Below are positions 17,091 to 30,719 of a stretch of DNA of 64,000 bases, piece by piece. Under the pieces are notes generated by a model that made no database searches, was not told the origin of the DNA, and saw only the letters and a list, made by a program, of their open reading frames with translations. A program made the translations under genes and the position numbers. Every line of letters starts with the position of its first letter. Positions within the stretch are counted from its first letter, which is position 1. Origin of the DNA: Eledone cirrhosa (Eukaryota); NCBI GenBank assembly GCA_964016885.1, contig OZ024742.1:321470001-321534000 (forward strand), read 5' to 3'.

Positions 17091-17759
17091 GTGCGCGTGT
17101 GTGCGCGTGTGTGCGTGTGTGTGCGTGTGTGTGTGCGTGTGTGTGTATGTATGTATATATGTATGTATGTATATATGTATATATTGTTTTAACAGAGTAA
17201 TTGAAATTTAGTACATGAACTTAATTCAAAGATCCTGCAGCAAAATTAGTTGTTTGTGTATTGGTGTGGAATACATGAGACGTTGAAGGAAGGAAAGATT
17301 CATCATTTAAGTTGTAAACATTTTATCACCCTAGTAAGTACATATGATTACATTGAATCATAGTTATGCCGATGGTTGATGTTCCAGAATGTTTATTTAG
17401 AATACATGTGGTTGTGTATGTGTGCGTGGATGTGTCTTGAGAACAGATATAGCCTTGATGTCTGTCAGATTTATTAATTTTGTTGCTATGATCTGGCTGT
17501 TGCAGTGCCTTAATGACTTAATGACCAGCGGTTGCTACAGCTAGACGTCGGCTGTAAACTATTTTAAAGAACATCAGAGTGAGATGAGGATTTTGGCTGA
17601 GGGCCTTGGATTAATACCCACAAGGTGTCATAATAGCTATTTCCGGCGATGGCGTTACCACATTAGTCTGCATTTCATGTACGCAGATTTACCCCTGTGG
17701 TAATTTTGCTACGACCCCAGTGGGGAACATCCATGGACCCCTAATCATGAACCGCTGTC

Positions 17760-18260
17760 CTAATTGTGTATAGTTATTTACTATGACAGAAACCGTAGGT
17801 ACAATATATTTCTTTTAATTTCCCAGCCCATAAAGTAGTGTCTGTCTGTACAAAAATATCACACATTTCTATCTTCCTCTAGAAAACTTTACTGTGATAT
17901 AAATTACTCTAAATAGCCAACATATGCAGACATCTCTTTTTTCCTCTCAACTAATAATTACTAAAAAGACGAAACACGATTTTATATATGGAGTAATTTT
18001 AATTAATTCTTTTATATTTTTACTGGTTTCAGTCATTAAATTGCGACCATGCAGTTTAAATGATTTAGTCGATCATATTGACAGCAGTACTTATTTTTTT
18101 CAAGTGCTATACGTATTTTATCGATCTTTTTTGTCGAACTGCTATTTAAAGTCATAGACACAAAGTTAAACACGAACGTAAACTTCTGCAGTTTCTGAAT
18201 ATTAAATTTGATTTCATAAAGCATTTGTTGATCGGAGGCTATAGTTAGCATATACGGAAC
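17760..18260 (-). pseudogene. Possible ancient hAT transposase remnant, copy 1 (continues at about 16210-16440)
   Basis: DNA similarity to 20770-21190; minus-strand 'FCTDRHYFMG' and 'RIALEKNK' loosely resemble the hAT 'CTDGA..M.G' and 'SIALDES' motifs; heavily decayed. Confidence 0.35.
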
Positions 18261-18452
18261 TTACCCAGTGTACTATAAAGTGGGAATGAACTAGGAGTCA
18301 TGCCGTTACGAAGCAAATTATTTAACCATGCTTGCGTATAAGTCTGCAACCATGCTTGCGTATAAGTAAAAACTTATTTTAAAATCTATTGATATAGATT
18401 GTGTTGTTCAACACAAACACAAACACACAGACACACACACACATCACACACA

Positions 18453-18498
<46 letters not shown>

Positions 18499-18830
18499 GC
18501 GCCTATATATAGATAGATCGATCAATAGATAGATAGATAGATAGATAGATAGATGCATTTATGTATCAATAAATGCAGGCATGTATGTATGTATGTATTC
18601 AGGCATGTATGCATACATGTATGCATACATGTACGTATCTATGCATAGATGTATGTATGTATCTATCTAGCTATCTATGTAACAAGAGGAAATAATAGAT
18701 AAAGTCACATCATTTACTCGTGAAACTCATCGATTATCTACAACGCTAGAAACACGCTATATATATATATACATACATCGAGTGCTCAAACGGCATACCG
18801 CCTACGGACGCATTTAATTGCAACCATACA

Positions 18831-18901
<71 letters not shown>

Positions 18902-18918
18902 GATACATACGTAATACA

Positions 18919-18958
<40 letters not shown>

Positions 18959-19305
18959 GGGGGTGAGGTGCCCCAGCATGGTCTTAGCGTGTCGGCTAGA
19001 ATACGTAATAGACTAATAGAGTAATACACATATACATATATATACATACATATATACATGCATACATTCATACGTACCTACATACATACATGTATACATA
19101 CATACATACTTACATATATATACATACATATATATACATACATGCATACGTACACACATACATGTATGCATGCATACATATATACCTACACACATACATA
19201 TATACATATATAACATACAGAAACATACATATATACATACATATAATGTGTGTATGTATACATGTATGCATGTATGTACGTATGCATGTATGTATATATG
19301 TATAT

Positions 19306-19945
19306 GTCAGGTCACCAGTTGGTGCTACTGGTAACATGTATCTCCAGTTGGTGCTACTGGTAACATGTATCCCAGTACAACCTGTCCCATGGTCGGGTCG
19401 TTGGCGACTAAACTGGCAACCCCACCAAGGTTTCTTGGTGAGGAGGGTGACTTTGGACATCCTGCAGGACTAAAAACAAAACCTGTCAAAGGGCAAAGGA
19501 GCTCTTAAGAGTCAATGGCCAGCCAAAATCACCGGGAGAGATGACCCCTTAGCCTTTGTCAAGGCAGAATTCTAGGAGAAGGAAAACTCTGATATAACAC
19601 CTGCAACCCTGATGGTATCCAATGATGTTGACTTGTTCTTCTTTTTGGTAAATATCATCTTGGTTAAGAGAGTGGGACTGGCTTTGTGCAGTGCCTTTGA
19701 TCACTATAAAAGCTTCACGGCACAGGCATTGCTTTATATCTGGAGATCTCTCTGCCCTTGTCATCACATGGTACCATGGGCCCAGCACTATGTGTCAATA
19801 ATTGTCACAAGTGTAGTGTTTGTACCAGAGTTTTCAAGTCGCTGGCTGGACTAAAAAGTTACACTCGTTCAGCGCATCGGTAGGGGTTCTCCTACATGGA
19901 TATAAAGTAGTGGCCGTACTCGAAAACGAGTTGGCAGCCACCATA
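19306..19945 (+). mobile_element. RTE-derived non-autonomous element (5' end fused to 3' end)
   Basis: 5' part matches 35030-35190(-); 3' part encodes the RTE-type C-terminal finger CSVCTRVFKSLAGLKS and matches 29085-29268(-). Confidence 0.7.
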
Positions 19946-20769
19946 TATATATGTATATATATATATATGTGTATGTATGTTCCTCTTGTTGACGAAGCAG
20001 AAGATGAAGTGATCCAAGCCATAGTCTTTCAAAGCTTGCAATTACTTAGTACCAATCCTACGAAATTTACGGTATTTTTATGTATATATATATAACACAA
20101 AAGTAACGGGGGACGCTGTATTTATACCAGTAATCTTCGTTACACTTACTCAACCTGCTGAGGATTACTACCCTCGGGCGTTCATTCCTTTCCAAAGGAA
20201 ACCTGTGTTTGGTCTGAAATTGTATATCTTTCTCATATTTGCCGCTTACTCTCAATTTGTAAACCTAGAGACGCGGTACAATTACAAATCTATTTAATCC
20301 ACAGAAAGTGCCATAACAGGTATTATTGCTTTTAGAGTGAACGTAGAATTAATGGCAATAAAGGGGTGACTCTATCCTCTCCAAAACTCCAGGATTGCAG
20401 TATCCCCACTAGATACAATTTAGTGTCATAGACAAGACGTATCCCCCTCCAAAAACACACACACACACCCAGTTTCCCGTCTACCCAATCTTACTCACAA
20501 ATTTTGATCGGTTTGAGGCCACTGTGAGACATTTTCTCAAGGAACTATGCAATGGAACTGATATATATATCATACCATTTATCTCAACACGGAAAACTTT
20601 CGTCTCACTCCGAAGAGATACCTTTAGAATAAAATGAAAAAGGTTTCGTTAATCTATAAGCAATGATATATATATATATATGCGTGTGTATTTATTCATT
20701 TATCTATATATCTATATATATGATCTATAGATTAAGCAGATTCGCGTGTATTGATTACACATTTAAATT

Positions 20770-21190
20770 TGGTCGTTTTCGTTCTTGAACAAAATTTATT
20801 GAACAAATCATTTCTCTATATTGAAAAGATACATCATTCAATGGATTACATGATATAAAACGGAAATGAAAGGAGCCGCTTGTCAGATTGTACAAAGGAA
20901 ACTGTTTCCATTTGTTACTTCCTGCCGGTCGCAACTACTAATATATCAAGAATATTTAACACAATAATTTGAGCTCACTGAAAACCTAATCATTCGGTTT
21001 TTTATGCCGATAGGAATTGTAAGTACAATATCTTTGTTTCACTTTTCAGGTCCATAACGTCCTGTCCGTCTGTAGAAAGACATCTAGTTTCATCTTCCGC
21101 TCAGTAAATTTACTAGGTTCTAAACTACTGCAAATGGCGAACATATATGTAATTTGTTTTTCTGTCCGCTCTACTGATGGCAATCATGTT
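20770..21190 (-). pseudogene. Possible ancient hAT transposase remnant, copy 2
   Basis: Colinear with 16210-16440 plus 17790-17925; minus-strand 'LSTDGQDVM'. Confidence 0.35.
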
Positions 21191-22299
21191 AAATACGTGG
21201 GTGTCAGTAAAATACGCAGCCATTTACAGTATGAATTAGATTAAATATGTAATTCAAAGGGCCATCTTTGTCACACCCAGTACCATTCTGAATCTCCCTG
21301 AGAATTACGTTAATGGTACTATTGGAATGTTTTTTATTATAGTCTAAGTATGCTACCTGCTGAATAAAAGAGGAAGGGCAATGCCTATAAATCTTTTGCA
21401 GGAGTTTCCAAGACTGGGAGAAAAGGAGAAGGGTACCCTCAAACCAAAAAGCCAAATGCTAGCAATTGAGACAACTCCACTAAAGACACCCAAGGGCCAG
21501 GTTAAACCAAATGACAGATTAAGACTCCCACCGTAGTAGGCCACATTTAGATTTAAACTCAAAGCTTGAAAAGCCGGAACAAATACGCATAGGTTGATTC
21601 GGGGTACCTCACACACGTAACCTTAAATTATTCTGCCCCATCAAAACCAATGCTTTGTCTCATTGTTTTATGTCAGTTTACAGTCATATAATTCATATGG
21701 GCCATTTTCGCCCCTCTCACTCTCTTTTCGTGAATTTTATTGGAGGGTAACCCCTCCCTCAATATACCCACCTTCCTTCTTAAGTGGTATTTGATGTCTA
21801 TGACGTCTTGATCGGAGAAGAAATACTCTATTATCATACATTTCAAATATGTACAGAGAAAGGAAACCTTTTAAAATAAAGGCCGTGGTTTGATCTTCAA
21901 AATAGACTCTGGTAACAGTCGGATCCGTCCCGTTGTTTGACATAAACCCATTAATCATGAATGTATGGATACTGAATAGGTGCCTGTCGGGCGGTTTCTC
22001 TACTCTACACATCCCTTGCCCTTCAACGTCGCCATACCCCACCCATCTGTAACTGCTATGCTAATTACTTTAGAAAATTGTCAATGATCTCCGACGTGAA
22101 AGTTCTTTAGAAAAAACTACTCAAACTGTCCTCATAAAAGTCCAAAATTGCCCCTAGAACATTATCACTGATGTCCTCTACTAACCCTTTATAGAATGTG
22201 AAGTTTGACTTTCTCACGGCCTTATAGTTTAATTGGGAGAGTGTTGTGAGTGATTAGTAACATTTCAAAGGCCATAGGCCCAACGTGATCTGCGTTTGA

Positions 22300-22730
22300 C
22301 CCAAGACTACAACTCCATCAAAGATATAAGCTGTGGAAAAGCGTATCGCACGAATTTGGTCTTCGTCTTTGTCATCCAAGCATCTTTACAGATGTGTCAG
22401 ACTCAGTACGTGCCTGCGCATTATTAGCAACGCCATCCCGATCCCTGTATGTAGTGAACGTACTCTTGATTTTTTTTTCCAGCGCTATGCCTAGCAGTGT
22501 CTCCAACTTCCACAACACGGCTCCACCTCCATAGCATACAGAAGAGACGATAGGTTACACTTTTGGTGGACCGAGCACTCGATGCAAAATGGTCTTGATA
22601 GGTGACCGTTATTTTGACCACCAAACAGTTGTTGAGATTGTAGTGATCCAGCCTTTAATGACGCAGACCGACACCGGCTGCTCTTAGGACAGCCGCCAGT
22701 TAGCGACCGATGACGCTGATGTTTGCTTTT
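22300..22730 (-). mobile_element. Degraded Tx1/L1 reverse transcriptase fragment
   Basis: Reverse complement aligns by eye with 63710-63960 ('ggctggatc', 'aacggtcacctatc', 'cttctgtatg', 'ggaagttggag'). Confidence 0.65.
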
Positions 22731-23058
22731 AACCAGAACATTCTCTGATTACCTTTAGATAATATATTTCATTAAACTGCTGTTGCTAACAATATCCTCT
22801 CCGTAAATTCGATTTAAAAGATTTATTCATTCAAAATTAAATTCTAATAATTCATTTATTATATATAACTAGATGACAGTTTTACGAACAACTTCTTATT
22901 TGTATTCTTTGCCCCATTCTTTCCTCATCACGCTATGTCTTCCAGCGATCCTTCCACTGCCCCTTGCCTTCCAATGTCCACTTTTAATCATCCAGCACCC
23001 TTCAATGTGGGTGCCCACTTTGGTATATATATATATATTTATTAAAATAACAGATTAA

Positions 23059-23109
23059 AGTTTAAGCAAAGAATCGCTGCTTTCACCCTTAACGGGATCT
23101 TCTGAAACT
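23059..23109 (-). ncRNA. Hammerhead ribozyme motif at the Penelope-like 3' end (U4>A core change, probably inactive)
   Basis: AGTTT-CAGAAGA-TCCC gttaa GGGT-GAAA-GCA gcgattctt TGC-TT|AAACT; stems I, II and III all pair. Confidence 0.75.
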
Positions 23110-23187
23110 AAAAAGTCAATCTGTGAACGCAGAAGTGAATATTTCAAAAAACGTTGCAACCGAAGGAAGACAGGAAGACGATACTCT

Positions 23188-23472
23188 GGTTCGTAGAAAC
23201 GTTCCCTGGCAAAGAACGGAAAAAACGAAGATAATAGGTCATTATTTGGAGCGTTGAAAACAATTACTACGCGCAAAGACAAAACCATATTTATGGTATA
23301 AATGAAGTCGTAGATTAATATTCTATTAGGTGGTTCATAAAGACATTCTCTGGCAATGAACGGAAAAAACAAAGATAATACGTCATTATGTTGATCGGTG
23401 AGAACAATTACACGCAAAGGCAAAACCACGTAAATGGTATAACTGAAGTCGTAGACTAAAATTCTATCTAGG
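23188..23472. repeat. Two diverged tandem units of about 144 bp in the Penelope-like 3' UTR
   Basis: 'ggttcgtagaaacgttccctggc' at 23188 and 'ggttcataaagacattctctggc' at 23332. Confidence 0.85.
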
Positions 23473-23878
23473 AAACCGAATGATTCTCGGCTTCAGAGTT
23501 AAGAATAAAGTAAATAAAATACAGAGGTAATCGAAATTAAATATATACATACACACATCCATATACGTACATACACAAGCATACGCGAAAACATTCGCCA
23601 TGGGTATACAAATACAGCACATACGCAAAAAGAAAAAGAAAAATGCACGCCCATACAGAACCCACGAAACGCTGATACCCGCACACATACGAACGTATAC
23701 ACCAAATACACATAAAGTATATATAAAATAGATATATATGTGTATGTGTGCGCGTGTATACATATAATTAAATGAACGTATATAAATAAATACGTATATA
23801 ACACGCGCACACTACTTATAAACATAACATATACTTAGCTAACACATCAAGACGTAAAATACCCGCGTATAGTTTGTA

Positions 23879-24989
23879 CTATCCGTTAGGGTATAATGTG
23901 GGGCTGTAATACAGGAAAGGTTTGTGCAATTTATGTTTACAAGCCGAAATTGCCTCAGATTTCTTGTTTAAGATGTGGTCTTTGGCGCAGAGTATTTCCA
24001 GGGCCTCAGCGGCGCAGAGGTCACATGGTCTTTTATTTCCGTTATACGATCTAGCCTTAGCTAGGATCTCCCAGTGTAACTTATATTGGGTGTGGTTGTC
24101 TTTTAGACTCCAGATATAAGCTGAAAGTGACGTCATATTCCTTCTTAAAGAGTTAAGAAAAGAATGGGTATGCATGTAAAGACGCTGCTTGAATCTATTG
24201 GCGGTTAACCCTATGTAGGCCCTACAGGACGTGGGTGTTTCAACCTTACATTTGTAGACAATGTTACTAGAGAGGCATTTCCCGGATAGGGGGCAGTCAA
24301 CCCGGTCAACAGTTAGTACTAGCTACAGGGTTGCACGTGTTCCTACGGCTAGGTAATTTAGCTAAATTTGAAGTTGTGATGTTATGTGCAAGGTTAGGAG
24401 TCGTAGAGTAAGAAATTTTAATGGTATTTCTATTAAAAATGTTATTATATTTATGTGCTGGGGGAAATGCTTCATAATAAGTGAGAGAAAGATCTTAGCT
24501 AATGGTGTGGCCACCTCCATATTATATGGTGGGTTATACCATATAATGCGTCGGGATCTATTTTTCCTAGGTCTATTCTCGTACTCTGTATAGGCTACCT
24601 TAGTGACAAATCCACTCCGAGCAAGAGCTTCATTGTAATATGTTGAATGGTCGTTGAAAATATGCTCGTTTGTAGATAGACGGGAAAGCCTCAAAGAAAC
24701 GTTTCTTACCAGGTTCTTGGTTATGCTGGCAGGATGGTTGGAATGCTTACTTATGTAATTAAGCGTATCATTCGGGTAGTGTAAGCATTTCGACAAATTG
24801 AGGGTAACGTCGAGGTAATTAACGACTGAGAGGTTAGCCTCAACCTGTATGGAGAGGTTGAAGCCTTTAAAGAAGGCTGTGAGTTCTTTTCTGAACCTGC
24901 CGCACGCACGTGGGGCGCACTTTGTCATGGTCAAAAGACCATCATCACGGTACAAACTACCGCCCACGTTGGGGAATTCTTCCTTGATA
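23879..24989 (-). pseudogene. Penelope-like RT C-half plus GIY-YIG endonuclease, frameshifted near 24460
   Basis: LYRDDGL, YLDVTLNL, SNHP, IIWYNPPY; then CPLSGKCL, IVYKCKV, AYIGLT, FKQR, TSLSAYIWSLK, CDLC. Confidence 0.9.
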
Positions 24990-24990
24990 T

Positions 24991-25407
24991 CACAAATCCA
25001 ATTTAGGTAGACTTAGTAAAAGGGTTTTAGATAGAATTATACCTGAAATTAGAAGTTTGGCCCCTCTTGCACAGTGGAACAATTCTTTCGCGGTGATTGA
25101 TTGGTTCAACGGCATAAGCAACAAGGAACATTGCCGTTTTATCCAATTCGACATCAATAATTACTACTCCTCCATCACTTTACCTCTTCTCCTTAGAGCT
25201 ATCAATTTCGCTAAAACACTCACAGTGGTTAAGTATTTCGAAGTTGATGTCATCCTCAATGCCCGAAAATCGGTGATTAATTTCGACGACTCTATTTGGA
25301 TTAAAAAATCTAATAGTACCCCATTCGACGTGAGTATGGGCGCCAGCGATTCCGTGGAGGTTACTGATCTTATCGGCCTTTTCCCTCTTTACTCTATCAA
25401 GGAAGAA

Positions 25408-25410
<3 letters not shown>
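24991..25410 (+). pseudogene. Penelope-like RT N-half (inverted segment)
   Basis: Open frame HKSNLGRLSKRVLDRI..QW..FIQFDINNYYSSI..FDVSMGASDSVEVTDLIG. Confidence 0.9.
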
Positions 25411-25629
<219 letters not shown>

Positions 25630-26008
25630 CCTATACTTTATATATACACTCATTATATTATATGAACGCTATATATATATGCTTTCCAAGGACATAACAA
25701 AGGCCGATACAGCTTGGCACCAGTGACGTCGTAACTCTGCGTGAACCGGTCTGGGAATCGAACTCACAACAACAACGATGACAATGATGATAATAACGAT
25801 GATGATGATGATAGTGGTGATGATTATATTAATAGTAGTAATAGCAGTAACAACAACACCAATAACAATAACTATATTGCTCTGTTATTAATTCATGTAA
25901 TCCAGTATTATTGTCACGTTGACATAACAACAGTAACAACAACAAGAGCAACAAATAATGATACCAACATTAACATCTGTATTATTATTATCATCACACT
26001 GCTGCTGC

Positions 26009-26063
<55 letters not shown>

Positions 26064-26144
26064 AATACTATAACATTTGCATAGCTGGCATTTCAAGTTA
26101 TGATAAGGTTTATTTCAACAAAAATATTCATTTTAGAAATGAAT

Positions 26145-26185
<41 letters not shown>

Positions 26186-26597
26186 GAGATAGAGAGAGAG
26201 AGAGTGAGAGAGAGGGGGGCGGGAGGAATGGGGGGAGAGTAATAAAGTAAGCAGATAAAGAGAAAGGAGGAGAGGTGAGTGAGAAAGGGGGAAAGAGAGA
26301 GAGTGGGGAATATGAGAGGGAAAAGGAAAGGCATGGGCGCATATATGTTGCATATTTATAAAGACTCAAACACACACGTGTGTGTGTACCTTTTAAAAAC
26401 ATGCAATACATACGTACACAAATATCCACATACTCACACACACATAAACAAAGATGCATGCACACATACAAACATACACACATACACACAAATAAATATA
26501 TATATGTGTATGTATATATCTATATATATGTGTGTGTACGTATATATTATATATATATATATATATGTGTGTGTGTATATGTGTGTGTCTGTGTGTG

Positions 26598-26677
<80 letters not shown>

Positions 26678-26834
26678 CATTTATGTATATATCATATATA
26701 TAGAGAGAGGAGGGGGTGAGTGGGCATTAGCGCACGCTAATGTCCATATTTTTCAATTCTAGGAGTTTATATATAGTTATAAATCAACTATTTTCTGTAG
26801 TCGAAAAACACGGCGAAATTGCTAATTCAAATCA

Positions 26835-27220
26835 ATTTTCAAATTCCACCGCCGCTTTTTGTGGAGTCTGTACTGCTATAAGGGTCCGAGACTTGGACAC
26901 TGACCAAGAAACTCACTCAGGTGGTGGTTGGGTGCTACACGAGAATTCTGAGGATGGCTCTGAACATTAATCAGTATACACTGAGGATGAAGAACTCAGA
27001 GCTGTACGGGAGCGCGATAGTCAGCTGGAAAATGACGCAGAGGAGACTGAGGTTAGCCCCTACACTGACACACTAGAAGAAGGAAACCGATGTTGATATA
27101 TATTGATGCCCTAGGGACAAACACTCGTCTCTGGGAGACGCAGGACATGGCGGCGATGATGAAGGACAGAGACCGCTGGAGAGAACTCGTCCATGGATCT
27201 CGGTAATTATATCGGCCCTA
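26835..27220 (+). mobile_element. RTE LINE 3' fragment
   Basis: Translates VESVLL*GSETWTLTKK..GCYTRILRMALNI..NSELYG..RRLRLA..MKDRDRWRE. Confidence 0.8.
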
Positions 27221-27323
27221 GATAGATAGATATATATATATAATTTCCTTTGTCGTCTGTTATTGATGGTTTAAGCCGCGACCTTACAACTTTTCGCAGC
27301 CATACTAAGGTCTGTGAAGTTAG

Positions 27324-27517
27324 CAGACCTGTCAACTCTCCCCGTCCGACGGGAAAATCTTCCACCTACTTTGGCGTGGGTGAGAGATGTCTTTTCTTGT
27401 GAAAATGGATATAGCTTTCATTATGTAAAATTTCCCCATTTTGGCTCATTTCTCCTCGTTTTGGGGCACTATTTTCATGGTACTCCCCGTTTGGGATTTT
27501 AGAGGTTGGCGGGTCTG
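27324..27517. mobile_element. MITE of about 194 bp with CAGACCTGTCAAC TIRs and apparent 6-bp TSD
   Basis: cagacctgtcaac...gttggcgggtctg flanked by agttag on both sides; copies at 30984-31135 (partial) and 55519-55713. Confidence 0.85.
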
Positions 27518-28105
27518 AGTTAGTAACAGGAGCCCTTCCATAGAAACCATAAATCTGCAATGTACTTTTCTGTTTGAATTCCTTTCACCTTTATTGTTTG
27601 ACCTTACAACAAAACAAGGAATTGGCAGAGTCGTTAAAGTGCCGGATTAAATGCCTCGGTATTTGTTTCGGCTCTGCGAGTTCTGAATTCAAATCCAACC
27701 TCCTTCTGGCTGAGTATCAGTAATGGAAAGACCAACGGGAATACTGTTACCTTGGTCTCATTTGACAATCGGCTCCTTCCAATTTTTTTTTTTACTGGAG
27801 CGTTATATTTACCTCCCATTTCATAAGTCTGAGACCTCTTGTAAGTGGAAGCAATTCTGAATGGGAGGGGGGGGGGGGGCATTTGGACAATTTAGTTTCG
27901 CTCTTTGCACTCTAAAATGGTCAGAAAACTTCGATATACTATTAACATAACATGTACATAAATGTGCATAACCAAATAGATGTATTTTTGGTAGTTTGGG
28001 GAGAAAAATATAATTATTGGTGGAGCCGTGGCATTCATGGCCGCACCAATTCCACCGCCCCTGTTTCGTCATTTGTTCCTCTACCCCCGTACTCCACTCC
28101 CGTTC

Positions 28106-28290
28106 AATAATAATTGTTTCTACTTTTGGCACAAGGCCAGCAAATACCCAGTGTATTACTGGTACTTTATTTTATCGACCCCGTAAGGATGAAAGGCAAA
28201 GTTAACTTCGGCGGGATTTCAACTCAGACCGTAAAGGGACGTAACTGTGCTGGAAAGCATGTCCGACCCTCTACCGATACTGCCAAATTC
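28106..28290 (-). mobile_element. tRNA-derived SINE
   Basis: Reverse complement of the 3194-3383 family. Confidence 0.9.
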
Positions 28291-28839
28291 TCTTGATAGC
28301 TGTCCACCAAGCTGTTGTCATTTGCACCACCACCCTAACCAACCTTTCCACAATAATGACGCCTCTGTACTTTTCTGTCCTCCAAGCTGTTTTGTCTCTT
28401 CAGTTCCAGGACAATGACACCTCTATCCGGTGCTGTTACTAAAGTTATTCTGGCCAGGTTTGTTAGGCTTACACCCATTGGGAATTACGCTAGGAACACG
28501 TGTGCTTATAGTATACAGAGCTACATTCAAGATATTTTAAAAGCAATCGGTCCTGTTGATTAAATAATTGGAACATCCATTGTCGAAATTGACGGAGGTC
28601 CATTTCATGTATCGTATACGTTTGCCCACGGCCATTGTAGATGCCTGCATCAAGCCAACCACAGCATGTGTACTACCAACTCTCTTTTTCTTCCTTTTCA
28701 CTTTCTCAGGAAAAGAGTTAGGACCCCGACGGCTGAGCTCCGGCCATTTCGATATCTAGATCCGAACTAAGCCAGTAGTATTCATACATTGGTGTGCTAT
28801 GGTCCGCCTGGTTTCTTACCATACTTTCTTTGTTATTTG

Positions 28840-28963
28840 CCATTGTGAGTTCAAATCCCGCCAAGGTTAACTTTGCCTTTCATCCTTACGGGGTCGATAA
28901 AATAAAGTACCAGTAATTCACTGGGTAATTGCTGGCCTTGTGCCAAAAGTAGAAACAATTATT
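28840..28963 (+). mobile_element. tRNA-derived SINE, 5'-truncated
   Basis: B-box, core and tail present. Confidence 0.88.
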
Positions 28964-29084
28964 TACCTCTGATCAAATCCTCAGAATATTATTATTCTGA
29001 GGATTTGATCAGAGGTAAATAATGTAAATATACACATATATATGTATATATATATATACATACATACAAACATACATACATACA

Positions 29085-29268
29085 TGGTGGCTGCCAACTC
29101 GTTTTCGAGTACGGCCACTACTTTATATCCATGTAGGAGAACCCCTACCAATGCGCTGAACGAGTGTGACTTTTTAGTCCAGCCAGCGACTTGAAAACTC
29201 TGGTACAAACACTACACTTGTGACAATTATTGACACATAGTGCTGGGCCCATGGTACCATGTGACGAC
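29085..29268 (-). mobile_element. 3' end of RTE-derived element
   Basis: Near-identical reverse complement of 19762-19943; (TATG)n tail. Confidence 0.85.
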
Positions 29269-29349
29269 AATACATACATACATACATACATACATACATA
29301 CATACATACATACATACATACATACATACATACATACATACATACATAC

Positions 29350-30189
29350 ATCAAAATTTGCAAAACATTCTTGCGATTCAAGGGATGACAATTTCTTTTG
29401 TTTTACAACCTTGCCACCAGGAAGGTGGTCGGTCAAAAATAAACTCGAAATTAAGAGAAAGAGATAACATACATTCAGTCTCAGAAAGTTGCTCGGTATC
29501 AAGTGGCAGTTGCATGTGAGTGATGTTGAGGTCCTTGAGAGTAGTGAGTGTCGGAGCATTGAAAGTATCACAACCAACGACGTTTGCGAGAGACCGGACA
29601 CCTCTGCAAAATGCAGGATGATCGAATCCCGAAATAACTTTTGTATGGCGAGCTTTGTAAAGGTAAGAGACCACCTCACAAACCAATACTCCGATTCAAA
29701 GATTGTGTAAAGGGCTCATTGAAAAAAACCGGTTTGATGGTGGCTGACTGGGAGATAGAAGCTCTTGAAAGAGAAACTTGGCATGGAATGGTGAATTATG
29801 GGGTCCATAATTTTGAGGGCAGACTCATAGAACACGAGAAGATCAAACGGGATGTGCGTAAGCAATCCTCTGGTGTATCTCTCGAAACGATCGGTGTCTT
29901 AATTGAATTGGTGTGCACTGAATGTGAAAAGATTTGCTTGAGCAAATCTGGTCTCAGGAGCCACAGTCGCAGACATGTTCAAAGATAACCAGTGAACTAT
30001 GATCTCCACGGTATTGTGAAGGTTCACAGGCAAGACCTGATGCAAGACCTGGGGCCAGGGAGATCCATAGTTGTCGTCAATATCCAAAAGAGTGCAGGTC
30101 TCTAGCAGGCTTGAAAAGCCATATCCGAGCATCACACACATCTGAATCTGACAAGCGATTGCAATACTCTTGACAGAGTTTGCAGCCAT

Positions 30190-30192
<3 letters not shown>
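29350..30192 (+). mobile_element. RTE LINE 3' fragment (ORF C-terminus plus 3' UTR)
   Basis: YGELCKGKRPPHKPILRFKDCVK..WE..A.ERETW..CTECEKICLSKSGLRSHSR is a typical RTE C-terminus. Confidence 0.85.
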
Positions 30193-30250
<58 letters not shown>

Positions 30251-30351
30251 AGAGAGTGTAACTTGGAGTTACTGTAGGTTCACCCGGGTGAGCACTCGAT
30301 GTTTAGGTTCACTTCAGTGTCGAGGTGTAGAGCTATACAGAGGGTATTATC

Positions 30352-30567
30352 GTGAAAAGATAACAAGGACGATTGGTTACTCCTTCATTGCATTTATTGG
30401 TATACATGTATTCATTTTCTACTAGCATTTCAAGGGGTCCGTCTAGCTGCAGATTACAGAGTCGGGTAAGATCGATACAGATCGAACCTTGAGCTGATCA
30501 ATGGAGAAATGCGCGTCACCAACCAATAAATGTAATGAAGGAGTAACCAATCGTCCTTGTTATCTTT

Positions 30568-30571
<4 letters not shown>
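30352..30571. repeat. Inverted repeat with about 50-bp arms (30352-30401 / 30523-30571)
   Basis: gtgaaaagataacaaggacgattggttactccttcatt(g/a)catttattggt is mirrored; a hammerhead 3'-half-like GAAA-TGCGCG-TC precedes the right arm. Confidence 0.9.
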
Positions 30572-30603
<32 letters not shown>

Positions 30604-30637
30604 TTTGCAAGTGTATTTGTCTTGTTTATTCTTGAAC

Positions 30638-30719
<82 letters not shown>

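Noticed and set aside
20150-20322. acctg-CTGAGGA ... GAAA..TAA-caggt as a very long hammerhead
   Set aside because: Stems II and III could not be paired convincingly.
21737-22042. 101-aa non-repetitive minus-strand ORF
   Set aside because: No recognisable motif or splice signals; next to a decayed LINE fragment and probably part of it.
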